This document shows, piece by piece, positions 1 through 8,560 of a DNA stretch of 64,000 bases. The stretch is taken from positions 128,001 through 192,000 of the forward strand of contig JAZDCZ010000419.1 in the NCBI GenBank assembly GCA_036679605.1. Reading direction: 5' to 3'. Position numbers and translations under genes: made by a program. The number at the start of each line of letters is the position of its first letter. Positions within the stretch are counted from its first letter, which is position 1. The stretch comes from Gemmatimonadota bacterium (GTDB lineage Bacteria; Gemmatimonadota; Gemmatimonadetes; Gemmatimonadales; GWC2-71-9). Under the pieces are notes generated by a model that saw only the letters and a program-made list of their open reading frames with translations, searched no databases and was not told where the DNA came from.

Positions 1-1952
1 GTTTCCCCCGCGCACGCGGGGATAGACCGGCCTTGGGTCGTACGAGCGATCCCCTGCCCTGGTTTCCCCCGCGCACGCGGGGATAGACCCTGACTGTCGC
101 ATTAGCGCTCGAGGCCTCAGAGGTTTCCCCCGCGCACGCGGGGATAGACCCTTCTTTCACGTCTTCGAGCACGAGCACCTCCGGTTTCCCCCGCGCACGC
201 GGGGATAGACCCCATTGACGTACATCCAGCTCCCACCATCCTACGTTTCCCCCGCGCACGCGGGGATAGACCCGTTATGCAAGATGGCCCTGTCTCGATC
301 TTTAAGTTTCCCCCGCGCACGCGGGGATAGACCCCAGAACGGTGAGAGAGCCAGATGACGTATACCGTTTCCCCCGCGCACGCGGGGATAGACCCAGCAC
401 GCCAGACTGACTCCTCGACCCCTTGACGTTTCCCCCGCGCACGCGGGGATAGACCGTGGTATTAGTGGCGGAATTGAGGCGGGACGTGGTTTCCCCCGCG
501 CACGCGGGGATAGACCTACGGCGAAGCGGATGCGGTTGACTGGGCCAGAGTTTCCCCCGCGCACGCGGGGATAGACCCTATCATGCCGCAATCCTAAACG
601 GTGAGGAGATGTTTCCCCCGCGCACGCGGGGATAGACCGTAGCCGGAGTCGACCAAGCGCCGAAATGATCGGTTTCCCCCGCGCACGCGGGGATAGACCC
701 TAGGTGTGGCCGGTGGGCCGCATACCGGGACGGTTTCCCCCGCGCACGCGGGGATAGACCCTCGCCTCCCTGGTGCATCGACCCGCAGACGTAGTTTCCC
801 CCGCGCACGCGGGGATAGACCCGTCCCTGTCTCTCGATGTACTCCCCGATCCTCGTTTCCCCCGCGCACGCGGGGATAGACCCGCGACGCGTGGGAGCGC
901 GCCCAGGAGAAAGCGGTTTCCCCCGCGCACGCGGGGATAGACCCACATCCAAGGTGCTCAAGCTCAATAATGCTGCGTTTCCCCCGCGCACGCGGGGATA
1001 GACCGTGGAGCGGAAGAAGGCCAACGAACACACGCCCGTTTCCCCCGCGCACGCGGGGATAGACCCTAATAGCATCTTACGCCACGTCTCCAACCATAGT
1101 TTCCCCCGCGCACGCGGGGATAGACCGTCTAAATAGTTGACCGCTCGATCACGACGTAAGTTTCCCCCGCGCACGCGGGGATAGACCCAGAACATCTTGG
1201 TCGCCTTCGGACAGATCATGGTTTCCCCCGCGCACGCGGGGATAGACCCGTGGTTGGCAATGGACTCTTACTCGTTGGGGTGTTTCCCCCGCGCACGCGG
1301 GGATAGACCGTGTTTCGGTTACGCGAGCTACGGATCTAATCCGTTTCCCCCGCGCACGCGGGGATAGACCCCAGAGAGAGCTGGACGTGGCGAACGCCTT
1401 CACGTTTCCCCCGCGCACGCGGGGATAGACCGTATACGAACCAACTTGGAAAGTGGCTGCCCGGGTTTCCCCCGCGCACGCGGGGATAGACCGTCCAAAC
1501 CTCGGCCCTGGACTGGGTGATCGTGGTTTCCCCCGCGCACGCGGGGATAGACCGTTTGGTCGACGCGATTCAAACAACGGCGTTAGGTTTCCCCCGCGCA
1601 CGCGGGGATAGACCCCAGACACTTTCACCCTCATACCCAGAATCCCAGTTTCCCCCGCGCACGCGGGGATAGACCCTCAGCGGCGGTTATTCCACCCACG
1701 GCATACGTGTTTCCCCCGCGCACGCGGGGATAGACCCCGTGATAGTGTGATGGCCGAGCGGGACTCTGTGTTTCCCCCGCGCACGCGGGGATAGACCCCA
1801 AGCAGAGGCAACGGCATGGTCTGACAATCCGTTTCCCCCGCGCACGCGGGGATAGACCTTGTATTGCCGCCCGGGGTGTCCCCAAATTGAGGTTTCCCCC
1901 GCGCACGCGGGGATAGACCCTTCTCAGTCTGTAGGTCCTTGAGGGGCGTCCC
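1..1952 (+). CRISPR. Type I-E-like CRISPR array, 32 identical repeats GTTTCCCCCGCGCACGCGGGGATAGACC with 33-nt unique spacers; probably continues upstream of the window
   Basis: Repeats start at 1, 62, 123 ... 1892 (exact 61-bp period). Hairpin CCCCGC-GCAC-GCGGGG. Resembles E. coli-type I-E repeats in transcribed orientation. Confidence 0.98.
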
Positions 1953-2049
1953 GTTTCCCGCTCGCACGCGGGCGTGGATTGAAACACGGTGATTGGCCGC
2001 TTTGCCAGCTCCGCAGGTCGCCCGCTCGCACGCGGGCGTGGATTGAAAC
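1953..2049 (+). CRISPR. Two 33-bp type I-C-like repeats (first is an I-E/I-C hybrid) with a 31-nt spacer, fused to the end of the I-E array
   Basis: 1953-1985 GTTTCCCGCTCGCACGCGGGCGTGGATTGAAAC; 2017-2049 GTCGCCCGCTCGCACGCGGGCGTGGATTGAAAC. GTCGC...GTGGATTGAAAC is the typical I-C repeat signature. Confidence 0.9.
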
Positions 2050-2289
2050 GGTATGCGTAGTCTCCTAGTTCAATTGTCGATGGCCAGATCTGTGTAGTTT
2101 TCGATGGCCGGTGACAGGGATAGAACCATTTGACGGTGGAGCTTGCACAATGGGTAGACGTTCGCCCCGCGCCCGCTGGAGCGGTGGTGAGCTCGTTTCT
2201 TGCCGTGAACGTATATCGTTCATGCCGTGAAACATCTCGCCACGTCGGCTGCGTCAAGCCGTGTTGGTCACCGATGCCAACCCTCCGCA

Positions 2290-2691
2290 TCAGACCACGT
2301 CAGCTACACCCAACCCCGCGATCCGCTCGGCGAGCCTACGGTCCGCCGTCACCAAACGGCAACCCAACGTGAGCGCCAGAGCCACGTAGCTCGCATCGTA
2401 AACGGTGATCTCATGCGTAAGGGCGAGGTCAAGCGCGGAGCGGTATTCGCGGTCGCCCAAAGCGAAGGTCTCCACCTCGAGTCCCGCGAACCGCTCGTAA
2501 CCCGAGCGCGCAGCTTGTGAATCCAGCGAAGCACCGCACGCCAGGACATTCGCGACCTCGTAGTGCAAGAGTTCCGGCGCCGCCGCCGCCACCCGCCCGC
2601 TCACATGATCGCCCAGAAGATCCTGGTAAGATGTGGGAAGCGGTTCCCGCAGGAGCCACCCCAAGACTACCGAGGCGTCCAGCACCCTCAC
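2290..2691 (-). CDS. vapC: VapC/PIN-domain toxin
   Basis: VLDASVV, E-VAN, VYDASYVALA and LVTADRRL PIN motifs. GTG start overlaps the antitoxin stop (GTGA). Confidence 0.9.
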   Translation of the reverse strand: MRVLDASVVLGWLLREPLPTSYQDLLGDHVSGRVAAAAPELLHYEVANVLACGASLDSQAARSGYERFAGLEVETFALGDREYRSALDLALTHEITVYDASYVALALTLGCRLVTADRRLAERIAGLGVADVV

Positions 2692-2960
2692 CGTCGATTC
2701 CGGTCGTCTCGAACGAGCCCGACGGGATCCGCCTTCGCGATCCGGGAAGCGTATTCCGCCCGCCACTCGGCCACGCGCGCCGCCGCCGCATCGAGCCGCT
2801 GCACCCTGGACGAGATACCCGTCTCGTACCGCTCGGCCGGCACCAGCACGACCAGCGGCCGGTTGCGCCGAGTGATGAGAACCGGCTCGCCACCATCAGC
2901 AACATCATCCAACACCCGCCCAAGCTGCCTCCGCAAAGCCAATGCACTGACACTCTTCAT
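2688..2960 (-). CDS. Phd/YefM family antitoxin
   Basis: MKSVSALALRRQLGRVLDDVADGGEPVLITRRNRP; directly upstream of the PIN gene. Confidence 0.9.
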   Translation of the reverse strand: MKSVSALALRRQLGRVLDDVADGGEPVLITRRNRPLVVLVPAERYETGISSRVQRLDAAAARVAEWRAEYASRIAKADPVGLVRDDRNRR

Positions 2961-3005
2961 AATATCTCCATATATAATATATAATATTAGCTATTATATG
3001 ATATA
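2961..3005 (-). promoter_or_regulatory. AT-rich TA promoter/operator with inverted repeat ATATAATA-N5-TATTATAT (2979-2999)
   Basis: Very AT-rich patch directly upstream of the antitoxin ATG, containing a perfect 8-bp inverted repeat. Confidence 0.55.
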
Positions 3006-3157
3006 CCAGCGCGCTGTGGCAAACGGCTGCGTGGTGATCTTGGAAGCGCGCTGCGGCGCCCAGGGCTTCGACTCTCGGAGAACCTAGCCTTTCAACGACC
3101 GCATCGGGTCGGCGGACCCGATCCCGTAAAGGCACGCAATTGCACAGATCGGTTCCC

Positions 3158-3547
3158 CTATTTCGTAACGTCAGGCCCCGGGCTCGCCAACATCGCGACG
3201 AGCACGGACCACAGCTCGGCCAGCTCGAACGGCTTGGCCATGTAGCGGGCGCCGTTAACCCTCGCGAGGTCCTGCGGAGGCCCCAGCGCGCTCATAAACA
3301 ACACTCGAACCGTCATTCCGGGCCGCTCTCGCCGAATCGCCTGCCACATTCCGAACCCGTCTAACAGGGGCATCGATATATCCGACACGATGGCATCAAA
3401 GCGCTCCCGGCGAAGCAGCTCCAGCCCCTCAAGACCATGCTGCGCCTCTCGAACGTCGCAGCCTTTCAAACAGAGAAAGCGCACAAGTACCCGCCGCACC
3501 GCGTTGTCGTCCTCAACTACGAGAATCCTCGGACTCGCTGGGGTCAC
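3158..3547 (-). CDS. Single-domain response regulator (receiver)
   Basis: ILVVEDD, SDISMP..DG, MSA and KPF motifs. Start placed at GTG 3547 (uncertain). Confidence 0.88.
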   Translation of the reverse strand: MTPASPRILVVEDDNAVRRVLVRFLCLKGCDVREAQHGLEGLELLRRERFDAIVSDISMPLLDGFGMWQAIRRERPGMTVRVLFMSALGPPQDLARVNGARYMAKPFELAELWSVLVAMLASPGPDVTK

Positions 3548-3615
3548 GAAATGCTCCGGACAAGTCGAAACTGCACAAACTGCACGCCGAGAATACCCTC
3601 GGCGCCCGCGCCGAG

Positions 3616-4032
3616 TCAACCCTGAGCGTCGCCGGGTCGGTCGACCCGGTAGTGGCGGACCAGTTCGCGGACCCAGCGGGGGGGCGGGACCCGCTGTCGC
3701 TCATATGCGTCCAGCAGCAAGCGACTCACTTCCTGACCCAAGGTAGCGGCTTCACGAGGGGGGAGGTCGGGCGTGACATTCTCCAGGAGCCGCAGGAAAC
3801 GGCGAAGCGTGGGCGCACTGCCTGAGGCCGGTCTCGTGGCGAGCCAGCGCTCGATGCGCGCTCGCGTGCTGCGGCGTGGTGTGGACCCGCCAAGGAAGTT
3901 GCGCAATGCGTTCGGGCTCAGACCGATCTCACGCGCAGCCTGCCGCAGCGAGATCCGCGACAACTCACGCTCCACGGCTCCACGCAGTACTGCGATGGGG
4001 AGCGTCGGGGTAGACAACGTCCGGCCGCTCAT
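3616..4032 (-). CDS. Hypothetical protein with HTH-like N-terminal region
   Basis: SLRQAAREIGLSPNALRNFL resembles a helix-turn-helix. Confidence 0.7.
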   Translation of the reverse strand: MSGRTLSTPTLPIAVLRGAVERELSRISLRQAAREIGLSPNALRNFLGGSTPRRSTRARIERWLATRPASGSAPTLRRFLRLLENVTPDLPPREAATLGQEVSRLLLDAYERQRVPPPRWVRELVRHYRVDRPGDAQG

Positions 4033-4469
4033 CCGGAACGGCGAGACTGTGCAGTTTGTGCAGTTACGGGTCCGTTACACCGCCAATGCTAAGGCAGGCA
4101 ATCGGACCTTGCAAGGCCTGGTGCTCTGATGCCAATCTCACGCAGACTCTCCCGAACCACGCTAGTCACACGAAACCCGCAACCAGTCCGGCCCGGCTCC
4201 GTCACTACAGACCAGCACCAATTGAAAAAATCCAGCAACGACGTCTAACGCTCATTTTCCGATACGCCAAGCCAACTCCTACAAGAAATAAGTGCATGGC
4301 GCATCGGGAGCAACAGGAGCCAAGCTGCACGCAAACTGAGCATCGGCATGCCAGTCGAGAACATCGAGCCATCCGCTCCAGGGCCGGGGCCTTGTCATAT
4401 AAATCGTCCGCGACCGCCACTCATCTACCGGAAGTGCAAAGGATCCATGCCAGAGCCATCTTTCACCGG

Positions 4470-4988
4470 ATGAGGCCAGATGACCTTAGGGGAGAACTGG
4501 AGCGCAACCACGCTGACGCCTTCGGCTGGGCACTCGCTTGCTGCCGCTGGGACCGCTCGCAGGCCGAGGACACCTTGCAGGCGAGCTACTTGAAGATCCT
4601 GGACGGCCGTGCACGGTGGGACGGCCGCTCTACGTTCCGCACCTGGCTCTTCGGCGTGGTGAGACGAACCGGCGCCGAGCATCGGCGCAGCGTATCGCGC
4701 TATCGCAGGCGACTCGAACGTTGGATCGCACGTGGCACAACCGCTGCCGCATCCACCAACTCCAATCCCGCTGAACAGATGGTGAGTACCGAGATGAGCC
4801 GAGCCCTGATCCAAGCGCTGAACCAGCTACCGCAGAGGCAGCGCGACGTCCTGCATCTCGTGTTCTATCAGGATCTCACAATCGCCGAGGCGTCGGATGT
4901 ACTGGGCGTGTCGCTCGGCACTGCGCGCACCCACTACGAGCGCGGTAAAACGACGTTGCGCCGACTACTCGATGGAAGAATCGACTGA
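4470..4988 (+). CDS. ECF RNA polymerase sigma factor
   Basis: AEDTLQ, F-TWLF and LPQRQRDVLHLVFYQDLTIAEAS motifs (regions 2 and 4). Start placed at ATG 4470. Confidence 0.92.
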   Translation: MRPDDLRGELERNHADAFGWALACCRWDRSQAEDTLQASYLKILDGRARWDGRSTFRTWLFGVVRRTGAEHRRSVSRYRRRLERWIARGTTAAASTNSNPAEQMVSTEMSRALIQALNQLPQRQRDVLHLVFYQDLTIAEASDVLGVSLGTARTHYERGKTTLRRLLDGRID

Positions 4989-5359
4989 TGACCGACCGCA
5001 ACCACGATATCCACGAAGACGGACTGGCTCATTCGTTCCACCGCTTGCGCGACGAAATCGGCGCGCGCATACCGAGCTTCGCAAAGATGCTCGCGTCACC
5101 CCGTCCAGTCGCCCGGCGACTTTCTCCCGCATGGGCCGCGATCGTGCTGGTCGCGATCGCAGGTGGAACGACGCTGTGGCTCGCGAGAGTGGATAGCTAT
5201 CCCAGAATTCCGGATACCTACAACGTAGCAGTCTGGCGCGCACCAAGTGATTTCCTGATGAACTCGCGAAGTCGTGAGATGTTGAGCGAGGTACCCGCCG
5301 TGGGGGAGTTGAGCATTCCGCTTTACCGACCGAATCACTTGGGAGCTCAAAATAACTAA
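4988..5359 (+). CDS. Putative membrane anti-sigma factor
   Basis: Translationally coupled to the ECF gene; one TM segment; WRAPSDFL motif. Confidence 0.65.
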   Translation: MTDRNHDIHEDGLAHSFHRLRDEIGARIPSFAKMLASPRPVARRLSPAWAAIVLVAIAGGTTLWLARVDSYPRIPDTYNVAVWRAPSDFLMNSRSREMLSEVPAVGELSIPLYRPNHLGAQNN

Positions 5360-5388
5360 GATACGGCAACACAAGGGAGGATGTAACC

Positions 5389-5904
5389 ATGAAACGATAC
5401 GCCGCAGTTCTGATCTCGCTTGCTGTAGGAAGTACGGTTCCCGCATTGGCCCAAGAGGGTATTGAGGAACACGTCTTTCCTCCCGAAGTCGTAATGCAGG
5501 CACGGCGACAAATCGATCTCCAAGGCGAACAGCGCGACGCAATCACCAAAGTGATTCGCGAATTCCAGCGGGAACAACTCGAACTCGACTGGGATCTCCA
5601 AGATCAGACGCAGAAGCTCACCGAACTCATGAGCCCGGCCAAGGTAGACGAGAAGGCGGCAATGGAGCAGGTCGCTCGCCTGATGCAGGCCGAAGAACAG
5701 ATGAAGCGCGCGCACCTACGCATGCTCATCAGGATCAAGAATCTCCTAACCGAAGATCAGCAGATGAAGCTGCACAAGGTGATGGCCGAGCGTCACCGAC
5801 AAGGACAGGTCAGACACCAAAAAGAACTGCACGACCTCAAGCTGAAGATGACCAAACAGGAATTACACGAACAACACCTAAAGGAGAAGCTGCCCCATGA
5901 ATAA
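5389..5904 (+). CDS. Periplasmic Spy/CpxP-like helical protein
   Basis: Signal peptide, helical Q/E/K-rich body, LLTEDQ (LTxxQ) motif, good RBS GGGAGG. Confidence 0.75.
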   Translation: MKRYAAVLISLAVGSTVPALAQEGIEEHVFPPEVVMQARRQIDLQGEQRDAITKVIREFQREQLELDWDLQDQTQKLTELMSPAKVDEKAAMEQVARLMQAEEQMKRAHLRMLIRIKNLLTEDQQMKLHKVMAERHRQGQVRHQKELHDLKLKMTKQELHEQHLKEKLPHE

Positions 5905-6144
5905 CGCGAATAACTGCCGCTGTGCTTACCGCCCGCGCCGCAACCGCGAGTCGATGCCCGAACTCGCCATGGGGATGCCCCACCCGCCATGGGACAGCAT
6001 CCAGCCAATTGGATCGTGAGTCGAGGCCTAACGAGGCCTCGCTCGGCTGCTTAGTGCCGGAAGTGCGTCCTGTAAGGACGCTTTTCTTGGCCGAGCCGGC
6101 CCTCGTCAGGGCTGGACTCTCATAGCCGGAGATCGGGCGTAGGG

Positions 6145-6522
6145 TTACAGTTTGATCAACGCTACGACCGTCCCTAGAGTACCCACCCAGAAGAGGAACA
6201 TCCACTTGATGAGCCTGCTCTCAAGTCCCGAGAGCTTAGAACTAAAATCGGCCCGCAAAGCCGCGATCTCCTCACGCAGCTCGGCTTTGAACTCCACAAG
6301 CCGCTGCTCCAGCGCCGCGATCTCCTCGCGCAATTCGGCCTTAATCTCCGCAAGCCGCTGCTCCAGCTTCGCATCAAAACGCGCGAAGTTGACCTCGAAC
6401 AACTCTCTGAACTCTGAGCGGTACGTCGCGTCCACTTTGTTGAACCAGTCTACCAGCTCGTCGGCGATGCCATGGCCGAGCTTAGCGTAAAACTCTTTAG
6501 AAAACTTGGCAGCAATTGGCAT
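6145..6522 (-). CDS. DUF1640/CCDC90-like coiled-coil membrane-anchored protein, long copy (125 aa)
   Basis: Head, coiled coil and C-terminal LIKWMFLFW anchor; paralog at 8303-8560. Confidence 0.75.
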   Translation of the reverse strand: MPIAAKFSKEFYAKLGHGIADELVDWFNKVDATYRSEFRELFEVNFARFDAKLEQRLAEIKAELREEIAALEQRLVEFKAELREEIAALRADFSSKLSGLESRLIKWMFLFWVGTLGTVVALIKL

Positions 6523-6610
6523 CTTTCCCTCACAAATCTTGTGTTGCTGCCACAGTACCAAGATACCCTCGGCATGGCATAACCGAAATGCCGCAAGGTG
6601 GTACTTGATT
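6145..6610. repeat. Direct repeat copy 1 (gene plus ~88-nt upstream leader)
   Basis: High nucleotide similarity to 8303-8647. Confidence 0.9.
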
Positions 6611-6691
6611 CCGCATACGGTTGAGGGTGCGCCGGGGCTGGATTCGTAACATCAGCGGTTCGTTGAACCAACCGACATTTTGTGGCTTGAT

Positions 6692-7390
6692 TTAGCCAGC
6701 GAGTGCGGCAACGACCGCCGGCACCTCACTGATAGCCTGCACGCTGGCAAATTCGTAGGTCCGTATGACGTCATCCGGAACCGTTTCATGCACCCATACG
6801 GTGGCGTAGGGAACGTGGATCGCGCGTCCGCCCGCATCGATCACCGGCAGGATGTCCGACTTGAGTGAATCACCCACCATTAGAAACTCCTGTGGCTCGA
6901 TTCCTCTCTTGGCTGCGATCCCTTCGTACGTGGCCTGGCTCTTCTCGGTTACGACCTCGACATCCTTGAAGAAGTCACCCAAGCCGGATCGCGCGAGTTT
7001 CGATTCCTGATCGAACAGATCCCCCTTGGTCACCAACATGAGATCGTGGGACTCGGCAAGCTGGGATACCGCCTGCTCCACGTCATCAAGCAAGCACACG
7101 GGAGCTTTCAGCATGTCCGTGGTAAAGTTCATTATCTCTTGGATCTCGGAGCCACTGACGCGCCCTTCGGTGAGTTCGATGGCCGTCTCGATCATGGAGA
7201 GCGCAAAACTCTTGATGCCGTACCCGAAGTGCCGGAGGTTCTTGATCTCCGTCTCGTACAACCGTTCCTCTATCCACTCTGGCGAGTGGTATCCAGCCAA
7301 CAAATCGCGAAAGCGGTTCTTCGTCTCTGTAAAGAGCGGCTCGTTGTGCCACAGGGTGTCGTCGGCGTCCAATGCTACGACCTTGATCAT
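6692..7390 (-). CDS. HAD family hydrolase
   Basis: DADDTLW, TKGD and VGDSLKSD motifs. Confidence 0.92.
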   Translation of the reverse strand: MIKVVALDADDTLWHNEPLFTETKNRFRDLLAGYHSPEWIEERLYETEIKNLRHFGYGIKSFALSMIETAIELTEGRVSGSEIQEIMNFTTDMLKAPVCLLDDVEQAVSQLAESHDLMLVTKGDLFDQESKLARSGLGDFFKDVEVVTEKSQATYEGIAAKRGIEPQEFLMVGDSLKSDILPVIDAGGRAIHVPYATVWVHETVPDDVIRTYEFASVQAISEVPAVVAALAG

Positions 7391-7535
7391 GGCGAAAGGG
7401 TAATCCAAGGTATCGATCCGAGCAAACGCTCGCGCGGCTGGGACGCACGCTCGGAACCTGCCAACAATTCCGCTGACGCATTCCTTTTCCTATCCAAGAG
7501 AACGCCTCTATCGTGCTGAGAACTCGCCACAAATC

Positions 7536-7584
7536 GACCAACTTGACCAACTAGAGGGAAACGAGTAGATTGGTCAAGTTGGTC
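7536..7584 (+). promoter_or_regulatory. Sigma70 promoter TTGACC-N17-TAGATT overlapped by a perfect 15-bp inverted repeat operator
   Basis: GACCAACTTGACCAA (7536-7550) and TTGGTCAAGTTGGTC (7570-7584) just upstream of the antitoxin RBS. Confidence 0.8.
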
Positions 7585-7593
7585 AGGAGAACT

Positions 7594-7839
7594 ATGTCCA
7601 AGCCAGTCAACATTTACGAGGCCAAGACCCGACTGTCGGAGTTGGTCGAGCGCGCCGCTTCAGGCGAGGAGATCATTATCGCCCGGGCCGGCGAGCCACG
7701 CGCACGCCTGGTGCCAATGCCCGGCACAAACGGCCCACGGATGCCCGGGGGTTGGGAGGAAGGCGTGTGGGTGGCGGATGACTTCGATGCACCACTCCCG
7801 GCCGATATTCTCTCCGCGTTCGAGGGTGGCGAACCCTGA
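7594..7839 (+). CDS. Phd/YefM family antitoxin
   Basis: VNIYEAKTRLSELVERAASGEEIIIARAG, DDFDAPLP; RBS AGGAG. Confidence 0.93.
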   Translation: MSKPVNIYEAKTRLSELVERAASGEEIIIARAGEPRARLVPMPGTNGPRMPGGWEEGVWVADDFDAPLPADILSAFEGGEP

Positions 7840-8210
7840 GCCTCCTGCTCGACACTCATGTTTTCATCTGGTGGCGCCAGAAAGCCCCGCAACTGAGCGT
7901 GGAGGCACGGGAGGCCATTGCGGGTGCCGCACTCGTATATGTGAGCGCCGCATCTGCCTGGGAGGCCGCCATCAAGATTGCTCTGGGTAAGCTTCGGATT
8001 CCGGGATCTTTTGGGCAGGCTGTCCAAGACAGTCAGTTCAGCAAACTGCCCGTGGACTTCGACCACGCGGCTGCCGCCGGCTCATTGCCCACCCACCACA
8101 CCGACCCGTTCGACAGAATGCTGATCGCTCAGGCTCAGTTGGAAGGTCTCGCGATCGTGACGCACGACCGCAACTTCGGTCAGTACGACGTGCGCGTGGT
8201 TTGGACGTGA
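7836..8210 (+). CDS. vapC: VapC/PIN-domain toxin, apparently starting at CTG
   Basis: (M)SLLLDTH, SAWE and HHTDPFDRMLIAQA motifs; CTGA overlap with the antitoxin stop. Confidence 0.88.
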   Translation: MSLLLDTHVFIWWRQKAPQLSVEAREAIAGAALVYVSAASAWEAAIKIALGKLRIPGSFGQAVQDSQFSKLPVDFDHAAAAGSLPTHHTDPFDRMLIAQAQLEGLAIVTHDRNFGQYDVRVVWT

Positions 8211-8302
8211 CGTTCAGGGCAACTTGACGTTCAACCCAAACACAATGTTATCGCCAAAGTCCCCCGCGTCTTGCAGGAGAAGATCGCCTGAGCGGTATGG
8301 CA

Positions 8303-8560
8303 CTAGAATTTGAGTAACGCTATCACAGTCCCCAGAGTCCCCACCCAGAAGACGAACATCCACTTGATGAGCCTACCCTCAACCTCCGCAAGCCGCTGCT
8401 CAAGCTTCGCATCAAAACGCGCGAAGTTGACCTCGAACAACTCTCTGAACTCGGAGCGGTACGTTGTGTCCACTGTGTTGAACCAGTCTACCAGCTCATC
8501 GGCGATGCCGTGGCCGAGCTTGGCGTAGAACTCTTTAGAAAACTTGGCAGCAATTGGCAT
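8303..8560 (-). CDS. DUF1640/CCDC90-like protein, short copy (85 aa)
   Basis: Near-identical N- and C-termini to 6145-6522 but lacks 40 aa of coiled coil. Confidence 0.75.
   Translation of the reverse strand: MPIAAKFSKEFYAKLGHGIADELVDWFNTVDTTYRSEFRELFEVNFARFDAKLEQRLAEVEGRLIKWMFVFWVGTLGTVIALLKF

Noticed and set aside
1..2049. Self-targeting or duplicated spacers
   Set aside because: All spacers looked unique and I saw only matches of about 10 nt or less elsewhere in the window. The check was by eye, not exhaustive.
117..2290. Several minus-strand ORFs with VYPRVRGG / GLSPRARGK / SIPACAGE repeats
   Set aside because: They are translations of the CRISPR repeat in three frames, not genes.
4056..4469. 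Long N-terminal extension of the ECF sigma ORF (similar extensions at 14947, 21583, 29099, 46181)
   Set aside because: Longest-ORF artefacts; family similarity begins at downstream starts.
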